From NCBI GenBank assembly GCA_024650005.2, contig CP122380.1, forward strand, positions 1,184,001 through 1,248,000: 64,000 bases of DNA, read 5' to 3'. The notes below the pieces were generated by a model that saw only the letters and a list, made by a program, of their open reading frames with translations, did not search any database and had not been told where the DNA came from. Position numbers and translations under genes: made by a program. Shown here piece after piece: positions 10,227 through 20,355 of this stretch (its first letter is position 1; every line of letters starts with the position of its first letter). This DNA is from Candidatus Bathyarchaeum tardum (lineage in GTDB: Archaea; Thermoproteota; Bathyarchaeia; Bathyarchaeales; Bathyarchaeaceae).

Positions 10227-10964
10227 GTGAAACGAAAACGTCGATACAAACGAGGACACCCTGTGGCAATATTAGTGGGCTTCGAAGAGAAATATGCTAC
10301 TTTTTGGAACATATTCAGTCAAGTAGTAAAGCTCTCGAAACGAGTGCTAATTGATGGAAAAAGATTCGACGAAAAAAATCTTTACAACTTTCACGAGTCC
10401 GTAGTCGATGAACTTAAACCTTCAATAAATGAAGGCGTAAGAAGTGTTATTCTTGTTTCTCCACCCCGAACTACATATTCGCAACAGTTTTTAGACCATG
10501 TACAAAAACATCACCGATACATGATTAAATCCAAAAACCCAAACTGTGCAAACTTTGCTGAACTCGTTGGATCAGCAAAAGATCACCTTCAGGTTTCTGA
10601 ATTAGTCCAAACTAAAGAATTCAAAGATTTGATCGAAAAAACAACCTCCGAAGAAGCCGACCAAATTATTAACACCCTAGAAAAACAGCTATATGGTACA
10701 AGCAATAACGCAAATGTATTTTACACATTAAAAGAAATCGAAGATCAAATTTACAATCCAAACGAAAACAGTGCATTACAAACAAAATACCTGATACTTA
10801 CAGACAAATATCTAGCTGAAAGCCGCCAAAAAAACAAAATTCATCGATTATTGCAGATAGCCCAAAATAAAAAAGTAAAAACAAACGTAATCAATGCCGA
10901 AACTACAGCAGGCAACAGAATCACTCAATTTGGAGGAATAGTTTTCTTCACAAAAAATTGCTAG
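10227..10964 (+). CDS. Pelota/eRF1-like protein (middle and C-terminal domains)
   Basis: RSVILVSPP, C-terminal ET.AG.RI.QFGGIV. Confidence 0.65.
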   Translation: MKRKRRYKRGHPVAILVGFEEKYATFWNIFSQVVKLSKRVLIDGKRFDEKNLYNFHESVVDELKPSINEGVRSVILVSPPRTTYSQQFLDHVQKHHRYMIKSKNPNCANFAELVGSAKDHLQVSELVQTKEFKDLIEKTTSEEADQIINTLEKQLYGTSNNANVFYTLKEIEDQIYNPNENSALQTKYLILTDKYLAESRQKNKIHRLLQIAQNKKVKTNVINAETTAGNRITQFGGIVFFTKNC

Positions 10965-10990
10965 AAAGCCTAAAAAAGACTGTTCCGTAG

Positions 10991-11641
10991 TTAATCAATA
11001 AGTGTAGCTCGAATCAGCGTAACATCTTCTACTGGTTTATCGTTAGCACCGGTTTCTACATTTAGAATTGCATCAACAATATCCATTCCCTCAATTACTT
11101 CACCAAAAACGGGGTGATTATTATCTAAGTGACTGTTGTAAGCACCATTAATGAAGAACTGACTACTTCCAGAATTTGGTTCACCTGTGTTTGCCATCGC
11201 AATTGTTCCCCGTTCGTTCTTGTTGTTTTCTGCAACTTCAGAGAATTCATCTTGAATGTCTGGTATGCTTGGATCTCCGTATCCTGTTCCAGTTGGATCT
11301 CCACCTTGAATCATAACTAGATTATTTGGCAAATTAATTACTCTGTGAAAAATAGTTCCATCATAGATTCCATCATGTACTAGATTTTGGAAATTTGTAG
11401 TAGTAATCGGCATATCGTCCCGTAATTGTATTGTAATATTTCCCATACTAGTTCCTAAAAGTACTTTCATTTGTGTCAAATTATTAACTTCCTCATCAAT
11501 TGGATTTGGATTATCATTGTTAAGTATAACATAACCAATAATAACTGCAGCAACAGCTAACAAAGCTACCACAGCAATTATTTTTGTATAATTAGTTTTT
11601 TGTTTCCGTGGTCGACGTCTACGTGAACTTTTGGACGGCAT
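10991..11641 (-). CDS. Cyclophilin-type peptidyl-prolyl isomerase with N-terminal TM anchor
   Basis: YDGTIFHRVI, MIQGGDPTGTG, RGTIAMAN, GSSQFFIN, HPVFGEV. Confidence 0.95.
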   Translation of the reverse strand: MPSKSSRRRRPRKQKTNYTKIIAVVALLAVAAVIIGYVILNNDNPNPIDEEVNNLTQMKVLLGTSMGNITIQLRDDMPITTTNFQNLVHDGIYDGTIFHRVINLPNNLVMIQGGDPTGTGYGDPSIPDIQDEFSEVAENNKNERGTIAMANTGEPNSGSSQFFINGAYNSHLDNNHPVFGEVIEGMDIVDAILNVETGANDKPVEDVTLIRATLID

Positions 11642-11713
11642 AACAAACGACTACAGCAAACTCTAATTTAAATTCTCGGTAATTACACCAGAAACTTTGA
11701 AAGAAAATTGGGC

Positions 11714-11998
11714 TTAAACCCCCAATTCTTCTTCTACTTCTTCTTTTCCTTTCTTTAATTCTTCAACCTGTTCTTCGTCTTCTCGTAATAACAATGTCTG
11801 GAATTCTCCCATGTGAGTTTTTTCTTCTTTTGCAACATCCAACAAAACTTTTCGAATAGCTTTATTATCTGTCGCTGCAGCCAACTGTTCATACAAACTC
11901 ACTGCATCTAACTCAGCAATCATTGCTAGTCTCAGAATTTCTCGGTCATTAAATTTTTTATTGACTTTTTCAATTCTAATTGGTTTCTCGGATAACAT
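11714..11998 (-). CDS. Ferritin-like protein (rubrerythrin/encapsulin-cargo type)
   Basis: AELDAVSLYEQ...DVAKEEKTHMGEF; likely start ATG at 11998. Confidence 0.88.
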   Translation of the reverse strand: MLSEKPIRIEKVNKKFNDREILRLAMIAELDAVSLYEQLAAATDNKAIRKVLLDVAKEEKTHMGEFQTLLLREDEEQVEELKKGKEEVEEELGV

Positions 11999-12486
11999 AA
12001 TCCATCTCCCTATCAAAATAAGTGAATTTATTCCCCTAAAAATGTTGCACATCAGATCTGTGTCGGATTAATTTTTTCCAATTTACTTAAAAAATATTAG
12101 GTAACAGATAGAATATTCACGTTTTACCTGTTAACTTCACGTTTAGTGATTCATTCTGGCTTTCTTAAATACCAATCTTCACCGTCTTTGTCAAATAAAT
12201 CCCTCCATCATTGATTAAATCTCAGCGTTACTCTTTGGTTGAAGCAATCTTAGTTACAAACTGTATTTCTTCTTGATTATGCTTTTCTAAACAAATTGTA
12301 GAATCATTGGATCTGCATTAATTCTAACTTTTTTGGCACTGCATTTAAGAAACCCACTTGACTTATTCATCAAATAATTTTTTGAAGTTGTTTCAAGAAT
12401 AATATATGATCATTATCTTATATTATATCAAAGTGGAATTCTTTTCTAAACTTTTCATTATGAGCTGACGTTTTAAGTAAGTTTTA

Positions 12487-12642
12487 AGAGAAATGGGTTT
12501 GCTGAGGTTTTTACACCCAAGTAATCGAAGGTGAAAAAAATGAAAAACCATGCTACTATCACTTTGTTATGATTTTTCGTTGTTGTGTTTGAACCTTTTC
12601 AGCCCCATTTCTTCTAAAGTTTTACTCCCAAAAAAAGAGGGA
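12487..12642 (-). repeat. Conserved 3'-flanking hairpin element of beta-propeller genes, copy 1
   Basis: Near-identical to 44489..44643 and homologous to 43688..43838; terminal IR AGAAATGGG/CCCATTTCT. Confidence 0.92.
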
Positions 12643-12650
12643 AAATTGAT

Positions 12651-15194
12651 TTATTTTCTCCTTCTTAGGACAAAAAGTGCTGCTACGCCGATTACTGCTG
12701 CTACTGCGACTGCTGCGATAATGGCTACTTCGCTTGTGATGAATGCTGTTGGTTCTTGTGCGTCTACTGGTGTTTGAGTGTCAATTGGCTCTTCGGTGTC
12801 TATTGGTGTTGCTGGTGTAGGTGCTTCGTCTACAGTGAGGTATGTTGTTGTTGTTGAGCCATAGTATGCTTCGGAGCTTTCGAAAGTTGCAATGATCATG
12901 TATTGTCCTTCAATTTGGGGCCTGAATGAATAAGCGTAGTTGCCGTAAACATCAGTTGTTGCAGTTCCAATCCATGCATACTGATTATTGGGGTCAACGA
13001 TTTCGATTTTCACTGGAACTCCATTTATGTCAGTTGGCCGTTCAAATTGTTTGTAGACATACTTCATCCACGCGCTCATGTCTTCGTCTGCGATTGCTGG
13101 AACACCATTGGGGAACCTCATCTGAATGGCTTCATCCTTTGTGCCTGGAGAAACATCCATTACAGTTCCAAATATTGTTGCAGCGTGGCCTAAAGTTACA
13201 TCGTTGCGTACATCTACTGTAATTGCACTTGGACCCTTACCTATGGCATATATCTGTTGGTCATAAGTATCCATTGTAGCAATTACGCTGTCTCCAATGA
13301 TAGCATTTGATCCCCAGTAGGTCTGGCGGAACAACCCATCTGCTCTCCAGACTTCGTTTCCAGTTTCCATGTCCAAACAGATGAAAGGTGCACCACGAGG
13401 TTTTGGATCAATAGAAGAATGTTCCATATGCGCTAGGTAGATTAACCCATCGGAAACAAACATTGGTTTAGTCCACCAACTATTAGCCCACAGTATTTCC
13501 TGATATGGATCTTCTGCTGCGTATTCCCACAATAAAGCACCAGTCATTACGTCGTAACAACTGGTTACTCCTGAGACTCCAGATGAGATGAGTTTACCGT
13601 ATGCAATAGTGGATTCTGTGCCAACAAATGTGTTCAGATAGTGCTCTGGATCCGTTGGTCCCCAAAGATTTTCTCCTGTATTTTGGCTGAAACCATAATA
13701 TTCTCGAAGTTCTCGCGCAAATACAACGAAAACACCATCCTTACCGGATGGACTATAAGAAACTACGGCTATACTTACATTTCCTGCAGCCCATTCAGCT
13801 GGCGCATCCCATGTATTCTCAAATAGCAAGTTTCCTTCAGTTCCTGACGATAAATCTAATCCCCATGAACTGACTCCTGCAGTGTTGGCGTTTACTCCAA
13901 TTATCCTGTCACCAAAATAGTACTCTCCTGGTCTTCCGGGTAGACCCGTTGGTATTGTTACGTTTAAAATCCATGCACTCTGGGCAAGTTCAGTGTCAGC
14001 GGCTGCATCAAATGTTTTAAGATGTACAGAGTTTCCCCAACTGCCAGCACCGTAACCAGATGCCCCCTGATTGATACAAGAAGCAGTTAAGTTCCACATG
14101 GTTAACAACCCATTTGTTTGATCAACTGAAATTCGGTAGATACCACCATTTGAATCCCACCTAGTTGTTCCCGAGGGCACATTTTCAACAGTAAACATCC
14201 AGTCCCCTGTAAATGCGTCAAAAGCGTACCAATCACTTCCAACAGTTACCCACAAATATGCGAAGGTTCCGTGGAAATTGAAGGAGTCCCAATAGAATAG
14301 CTGACCAAACGCAATAGACCGGTTGTCTAAGAATGTTTTAGCCCAAATCTGTTCGCCAGTACGGATATCAACACAGTAATACATCTTTGGCATGTTGTGT
14401 GGACCATCAGTGTAGTAAAGTTTTCCACCAATGATTATTGGTCCTGCTGAACCCCAAGCCCTTACTCTTCCACCCCATTTGCCTTCATATGCATCGCCAC
14501 ATTCAAAACCATGATAGCCAAGCGCTTCTAAATCTGCAGTACCTAGGTCTCCTCCGACAATACCACCTGATGTTAGGGGCTCTGTCCAGAGTATGTGTGC
14601 AGTTCTTGGTCCATCATTATAAGGAGTGTATTTGTTACGTGGTACGAACAGCCAGTTTCCTGAAATTTCTGACCATTCTCTAAGTTGTGCGTCTATTGGT
14701 CTTGTCCAATATTCATTTGGAAGTGAATGACCGGGATAATATGCAATCGGCTCATCTTGTACCTCAAGTTCGAGTTCTTCGCTGGTACCCGCTAGATAAG
14801 TAAAATCGCCTCTTGGTGGAAGAGTTACGGTTTGTTCAGGAAAATGAGTCTGTAAAGTGTATGTTCCAACCATTGTTGGAGTGTATACTGCTCCTGTTCC
14901 TCCTGTAGAGTCTGTTCGATATGGCCCTAATGTTTCGGTTTCTCCATCTGGTCTTTCAATCGTAATGGTTAGACCTTCCCACCCCATCTCTGTGCTTGTC
15001 AGATATGCTGTAATGCCGACGTGAAGCAACACTGGTTGGTTAACACCTACGGGATTAGGCACAGCTCCGATGTATGGATAACTTTTAACATTTGACGCCG
15101 CAGAAACTGATGGAAAAGCCGATAGAATAGTAGATAATGTTAACACTGTAAATAACGAGAGTATAATTATTTTTGTTCTTTCCTTTTTTTTCAT
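12651..15194 (-). CDS. Secreted PQQ-like beta-propeller repeat protein with C-terminal TM anchor (paralog 1)
   Basis: Signal peptide, repeated D..TG..W motifs, PT-rich linker, TM plus RRRK tail. Confidence 0.88.
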   Translation of the reverse strand: MKKKERTKIIILSLFTVLTLSTILSAFPSVSAASNVKSYPYIGAVPNPVGVNQPVLLHVGITAYLTSTEMGWEGLTITIERPDGETETLGPYRTDSTGGTGAVYTPTMVGTYTLQTHFPEQTVTLPPRGDFTYLAGTSEELELEVQDEPIAYYPGHSLPNEYWTRPIDAQLREWSEISGNWLFVPRNKYTPYNDGPRTAHILWTEPLTSGGIVGGDLGTADLEALGYHGFECGDAYEGKWGGRVRAWGSAGPIIIGGKLYYTDGPHNMPKMYYCVDIRTGEQIWAKTFLDNRSIAFGQLFYWDSFNFHGTFAYLWVTVGSDWYAFDAFTGDWMFTVENVPSGTTRWDSNGGIYRISVDQTNGLLTMWNLTASCINQGASGYGAGSWGNSVHLKTFDAAADTELAQSAWILNVTIPTGLPGRPGEYYFGDRIIGVNANTAGVSSWGLDLSSGTEGNLLFENTWDAPAEWAAGNVSIAVVSYSPSGKDGVFVVFARELREYYGFSQNTGENLWGPTDPEHYLNTFVGTESTIAYGKLISSGVSGVTSCYDVMTGALLWEYAAEDPYQEILWANSWWTKPMFVSDGLIYLAHMEHSSIDPKPRGAPFICLDMETGNEVWRADGLFRQTYWGSNAIIGDSVIATMDTYDQQIYAIGKGPSAITVDVRNDVTLGHAATIFGTVMDVSPGTKDEAIQMRFPNGVPAIADEDMSAWMKYVYKQFERPTDINGVPVKIEIVDPNNQYAWIGTATTDVYGNYAYSFRPQIEGQYMIIATFESSEAYYGSTTTTYLTVDEAPTPATPIDTEEPIDTQTPVDAQEPTAFITSEVAIIAAVAVAAVIGVAALFVLRRRK

Positions 15195-15958
15195 TTTTTC
15201 AAACCTTCATAGAAAACATATATCTATCCATAAAGTATATAATATTTATCGCTGGAAAAAAAATTATTAAAAAAAATTAACGCATATTAAGATTAAAGTG
15301 TAATATTTCTTGTTTTTAAAATATTTTTAACCTAGAAACTGCTTATTTTGGAAATGTCAACTTATCCAACATAATATTCAAGAGCTGCTAGTGTACGGTC
15401 TGTCCAAGCCCGAAATTGAGCAAATGTCAACCCTTCCAAAAAATTGGTTATCTTCTTAATCTAAAATAGTGAGGGTACTTGAAAACGTTGTCCACCACAT
15501 TAACCAGTTTTTCACAATAATGCCAAACAAGCTATCCTATCTTCAATGTTTTCAACGGCTCAAATTATTTGTTAACAAAAAGGGCATTCAATGGAACAAT
15601 TAACGGAGGTGTAGTTTTAGTATACTTCAACCTTTTTCCAAAACCTTTCAGTTGTTAGACTTTTGTTCTTTTTTGTAAGTTCATGATTTCACCTCAAAGT
15701 TTTGAAAAACAGTTAACTCAATTCGGGACACTAGACCCCAAAACGATTTTATATGCATCCTTTTGCAGGGTATAGACCGTAATTTCGTTCTGAAAATTTC
15801 AACATTAAAATTGGCAAACCTATTTTTATCAAATTTTTTCACTTCTAAAGTAAATTTCAAAAAAAGGAAGGACCACAAGAAAACAGTGGAAATATATCCA
15901 AGAAGTCAGATAACATTTACTAATCCCTATTCAAAAATAAATACAGAGAGGTCATTGT

Positions 15959-17131
15959 GTGTCAAGTAAACCTTTAGTTTCAATTGTGTCTGCAGGTTTA
16001 TCCAAATTTGGGCGACACGAAGAACACGTGGGTAGAGAACTTTTTGCACAAGCAACCAAAGAAGCGTTTGATCGATGCCCCCGTTTAGACCCAATAAAAG
16101 ACATTGAAGCATTGTTTATTGGACACATGGGAGAATCATACGAACATCAAGGACACACTGGACCTACATTAGCAGATTGGACTGGTTTATTGCCCAAACC
16201 TGCAATACGAATCGAATCTGCATGTGCTTCATCAGGATCAGCTTTACGAACTGGAATCATGGCTATACTGTCGGGCTTGCACAAAGTAGTGCTAGTTGGC
16301 GGGGTAGAAAACATGACTCATCGTACAACCGCTGAGGTAACAGAATTTTTAGCTATGGCTTCAGACATGGCCTTTGAACAATTTAATGGAATTACTTTCC
16401 CCGGATTGTATGCTCTTATGGCTACTGCGCATATGAACAAGTACGGCACAACTGAAGAACAAATGGCGAAAGTAGCTGTAAAAAATCATTATAACGGAAG
16501 CCTAAATCCTAAGGCGCACCTACAAAAAGAAATAACATTAAAAAAAGCCTTAGAATCAAAACTTGTTGCGTGGCCTTTGAAAATGTATGATTGTTCATTA
16601 ATTACTGATGGCGCCAGTTGCTTAATTTTGACTGCTCCTGAAATCGCAAAAAACTTCACTGATACACCTGTTCATGTTATAGGATCCGGATTAGCAAGTG
16701 ACACAATTGGATTATATCAACGCGAAACTCTAACTTCTCTTAAAGCTGCTCGGGTTGCCAGCCAAGAAGCTTACAAAATGGCAAACATAAACCCCAAAGA
16801 TGTTGATGTTGCCGAAGTTCATGACTGTTTTACAATTGCAGAACTACTTGCATATGAAGACCTAGGATTTTGTAGTCCAGGAAAAGGCGGTAATCTGATC
16901 GATGAAGGAATAACCGAACTTGGTGGAAACCTTCCCGTGAACACTAGCGGCGGCCTGAAAGCAAAAGGTCATCCAGTAGGGGCAACTGGGACTGCTCAAG
17001 CTTATGAAATTTATCTTCAACTTACAGGGCAGGCACAAAAACGGCAAGTAAACGATGCAGAAATAGGCTTAAGCCACAACGTTGGAGGTTCAGGAGCAAC
17101 TGCAAGTGTACACCTCTACAGGAGAGATTAA
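15959..17131 (+). CDS. Thiolase (archaeal acetyl-CoA acetyltransferase type)
   Basis: IESACASS, EVHDCF, NTSGGL.AKGHPVGATG, HNVGG. Confidence 0.93.
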   Translation: MSSKPLVSIVSAGLSKFGRHEEHVGRELFAQATKEAFDRCPRLDPIKDIEALFIGHMGESYEHQGHTGPTLADWTGLLPKPAIRIESACASSGSALRTGIMAILSGLHKVVLVGGVENMTHRTTAEVTEFLAMASDMAFEQFNGITFPGLYALMATAHMNKYGTTEEQMAKVAVKNHYNGSLNPKAHLQKEITLKKALESKLVAWPLKMYDCSLITDGASCLILTAPEIAKNFTDTPVHVIGSGLASDTIGLYQRETLTSLKAARVASQEAYKMANINPKDVDVAEVHDCFTIAELLAYEDLGFCSPGKGGNLIDEGITELGGNLPVNTSGGLKAKGHPVGATGTAQAYEIYLQLTGQAQKRQVNDAEIGLSHNVGGSGATASVHLYRRD

Positions 17132-17133
17132 AA

Positions 17134-17532
17134 ATGTCAGCTGAGCGTCCATTTACGATATCAAGTTTCTACAAGTTCGTAACCGAAAAAAAACTAATGG
17201 CTGTACAATGCGATGACTGCCAAAATTTACTTTTACCACCTAAACCAATGTGTACAAAATGTTTTTCGATTAATTTGAAATGGATAGAACTAGAAAACAC
17301 GGGAACACTCCTGAGTTACACTGTTATTCATGTTGCCCCTGAAGAATTTCAGTCAATGGTACCATACATAGTTGGTATTGTCGAATTTGAAAATGGGCTC
17401 CATCTTCCAGGCATTATCCGTGATTTGCCTGTAGAACAAATCAAGATTGGAATGAAACTAAAAATCGATTTTGATCCGTCAACATCCAATGTTTGGCCAG
17501 AATGGAACAGATACTTTTTCAGACCCGTTTAA
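17134..17532 (+). CDS. DUF35 Zn-ribbon/OB-fold thiolase partner
   Basis: CDDC...PP..MCTKC, SYTVIH; 2 bp after thiolase. Confidence 0.92.
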   Translation: MSAERPFTISSFYKFVTEKKLMAVQCDDCQNLLLPPKPMCTKCFSINLKWIELENTGTLLSYTVIHVAPEEFQSMVPYIVGIVEFENGLHLPGIIRDLPVEQIKIGMKLKIDFDPSTSNVWPEWNRYFFRPV

Positions 17533-17609
17533 GATAATATTTTTTTGTGAAATCTTTTGCTAACAAATTAATCGTATAACTAAATTTCAAGAATAAAAAG
17601 CAAAGGCGT

Positions 17610-18287
17610 TTAGCTCTTGAGATTGAGTTCTGTTATCAAATGTGGTACTTCTGTTATTGAAGAAATGATATAATTTGAACCTGAATTTTTTAATTGCTCC
17701 ATCGATGAAAGCCCAGTTGTGACTCCTACTGCCATGACCCCCAGTTTTGTAGCACAAATTATGTCTTTGATACTGTCCCCTACAAAAATTGCTTCATTGG
17801 CGTTAACATTCAACGAATCTAAAACTGCTTGCAGATGTACTGGATTAGGTTTAACATTTATAACCGATTCACGAGGAAAAACTGCGCCAAAGAAATGTTC
17901 AATACCAAAACTTCGGAGAATAAGCCCTGATGCTTTTTTGCCACTTATTGTACATAGACCCATTTTCAGCCTCATTTTTCGCAAGGTATCCAAAGTTTCT
18001 AGAACACCTGGGAACATTTTTGTCTCTTTTGCTGCTTGCAATTCGAAATTTTCTACAATTGAGAATACAATTTTTTTGAACTCACGCATTTCATTTTCTT
18101 GAGGTTCAGGTCCCAGATATTTTTTTATTTTAAGTAACATGTCAAAAGCGCTTTCATTTAATGAAAAAAGTTGTTGAGGCATCCCTTGTTCACTGAGGCG
18201 TTGAATAACTTGTGTTCGGCATGCTTTAAAGTCGAGATTAAACTCTGTAAGGGTTCCATCAAGGTCAAAAATTACAGCTTTAATCAT
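17610..18287 (-). CDS. HAD-family hydrolase (phosphoglycolate phosphatase-like)
   Basis: FDLDGTL, KPNP, FVGDS..D. Confidence 0.92.
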   Translation of the reverse strand: MIKAVIFDLDGTLTEFNLDFKACRTQVIQRLSEQGMPQQLFSLNESAFDMLLKIKKYLGPEPQENEMREFKKIVFSIVENFELQAAKETKMFPGVLETLDTLRKMRLKMGLCTISGKKASGLILRSFGIEHFFGAVFPRESVINVKPNPVHLQAVLDSLNVNANEAIFVGDSIKDIICATKLGVMAVGVTTGLSSMEQLKNSGSNYIISSITEVPHLITELNLKS

Positions 18288-18391
18288 GTTCTTTCAATCT
18301 CTTTTGGCGTTTTATACTAGGCCGTCATAAAATTACTTTTTGTTTTCCATTGATTTTATATGTTCACTTTTATTATATTGAATTGAATCTT

Positions 18392-18943
18392 ATGAGTGTT
18401 AATAGTAAGCATAAGGTCTCAGGAAAAGTTTGGCTTGAATTTCGAGGAGATCCCCTTCTTGGAAAAGGTGGAGCTAAAATCTTAGAGGCCATACAACAAG
18501 TGGAATCTATTTCTAAAGCTGCAAAAAACACTGGAATGTCATACAGGTACGTCTGGAATTACTTGTCTAAATTAGAAAAAAGACTTGGAGAACCTGTAGT
18601 AACAACCTTCAAAGGCGGTAACAAAGGAGGCGGAGGCGCAAAACTAACAGATCTTGGTATTACATTAATCAATGAATACATACGAGCCGAAGAACAAATG
18701 ACAAAAACTATAGGAAAACAAGCAGTTGAAGACGAGAAAACTACAATAACAACCTGTTTTCTAGCAAAAATTGGAAATTTGGGCACAAAAAATACAGGAG
18801 TTATTGAAGTAGACTTAGAACATCCTAGAAACTTAACTTTGGTTCTGCCCAAAAAAACAGTTGAAGACCTTGATTTACAACCTAATGATGAAATTGACGT
18901 CAAAATTAAAACCAGAGCAATTAATATCACAAAAAACCGATAA
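18392..18943 (+). CDS. ModE-type wHTH regulator with TOBE domain
   Basis: LEAI...SISKAAK..GMSYRYVW...GG..GGGA.LT; likely start ATG 18392. Confidence 0.88.
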   Translation: MSVNSKHKVSGKVWLEFRGDPLLGKGGAKILEAIQQVESISKAAKNTGMSYRYVWNYLSKLEKRLGEPVVTTFKGGNKGGGGAKLTDLGITLINEYIRAEEQMTKTIGKQAVEDEKTTITTCFLAKIGNLGTKNTGVIEVDLEHPRNLTLVLPKKTVEDLDLQPNDEIDVKIKTRAINITKNR

Positions 18944-18977
18944 ACACCAAGTTTTTTGGATAATATTTATGTTGAAT

Positions 18978-18996
18978 GGATACAAAAGCATCAACA
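18978..18996 (+). repeat. 19-bp repeat GGATACAAAAGCATCAACA, copy 1
   Basis: Identical to 22246..22264 (-) and 23722..23740 (+). Confidence 0.92.
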
Positions 18997-19091
18997 CAAG
19001 TCCCTGAAATTGCTCCCTGATCTTTTAATCTACGACGGCAACGTTTTTACTGGAAACTAATAATATTTTAATTGTCTGGGAGAAAACAAAA

Positions 19092-19496
19092 ATGAAAGTA
19101 GTTAATGAAAAAATAGTTTTTTCCACCAAAGGGGAAATAGAATTCAAAGACCTTACTGAAAAAGTTCATGACGTAGTAAAAAAATCAGGAATCAAAAATG
19201 GACTAGTTCACGTTTTTGCTCCACACGCAACTGGAGTACTTATTTTAACTGAACACGAACCAAATCTAGATGCTGACGTTAAAATTTTTCTTGAAAAAAT
19301 AATTCCTAAACATGCAAATTATCGCCACCCTTCCAATGCTCATTCGCACCTTCGCTCAATGCTGTTGAGCCCTGACAAAACCCTTCCCATTATCGATGGA
19401 CAAGTAATCTTTGGCACATGGCAATCTTTAGTTTTTGTAGAGACCGACGTGTACTCTCGACAAAGGACAATAATTATGCAAGTATTAGGCGAATAA
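19092..19496 (+). CDS. yjbQ: YjbQ/UPF0047 family protein
   Basis: PHATG, Y.H..NAHSHLRS, FGTWQ. Confidence 0.92.
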   Translation: MKVVNEKIVFSTKGEIEFKDLTEKVHDVVKKSGIKNGLVHVFAPHATGVLILTEHEPNLDADVKIFLEKIIPKHANYRHPSNAHSHLRSMLLSPDKTLPIIDGQVIFGTWQSLVFVETDVYSRQRTIIMQVLGE

Positions 19497-20355
19497 AATC
19501 TGAAAAATTACGTTTAGCTACGAAGCTTAAATACTCAAATAATTGGACAAAAAATAAGATTAATATCCGCCAAAACCAGCTCAAACTAAAGCAATTATAT
19601 CCTTGATTCGTCGTAAAATACCCTGCTTTTTAACATCAGTCTTGTTAAAATCAGGCATTTTAAACTTTTATAAGCTATTTGATTTTCTTAAAACATCCAT
19701 TACTATTAAAAACCTAAATTTGCTCACAAATAAATTATACGGAAAATTCGAAATTTGACGAAGGCTTACAATGTTTACATAAACCAGTTAATTTTAAGAT
19801 GAAAAAAATAAACTTTTACATCCTATGTCGAAACACCAAAATTTTGACGTGATATTCTGGTTAACTAAACTAATTAATGACCGAATACGACCGAAATCTG
19901 GCAACAAAAAATAAAGTACACGAGGCAACAAAATTTCCAATTTTTGATCTTAAAAATTGCAAAAAACCAGTTACGTTTTACTTTGTTATCTTGACAATGG
20001 CCTTCAGAGGGTAAAATAACAGCAAACTAGCAATATTTTCAACGCCTTGCATACATATTTGTAATCATTATGCTAAAAACTGGAAAGGTTCGATTGTGTT
20101 CGCACTTTTTATTTCTTAGTAATTGTCGAAAAGTAAGTTACATAATTAAAAAACAGTAAAAACGACTGTATTATTACTGGGATAATTGAGTAAAATATTG
20201 AAAATGGGCTTTTTTTGGAAAAAACAAAGATATGCAAAATCTTTTTCCATTAAATACTCTTTGAAACATTCATCTGTGTTAAGTATTTTGCTGTTCAAAG
20301 CTGGCTTAAACGTCAGAATTTTTTAACATTTAAGCTTCGATATTATTCGTTTAAT

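Noticed and set aside
12070-12470. Possible decayed gene (also 15350-15900 and 43960-44200)
   Set aside because: Multiple stops and no recognisable motif; cannot be assigned without a search.
12550-12777. 75-aa ORF overlapping the hairpin element
   Set aside because: Antisense to the propeller gene 3' end, and not preserved as an equivalent ORF in the other two copies.
19020-20350. Replication origin (AT-rich gap with ACTGGAAA mini-ORB-like words at ~19049 and ~20079)
   Set aside because: Only short degenerate matches, no G-string ORBs and no adjacent cdc6/orc1.
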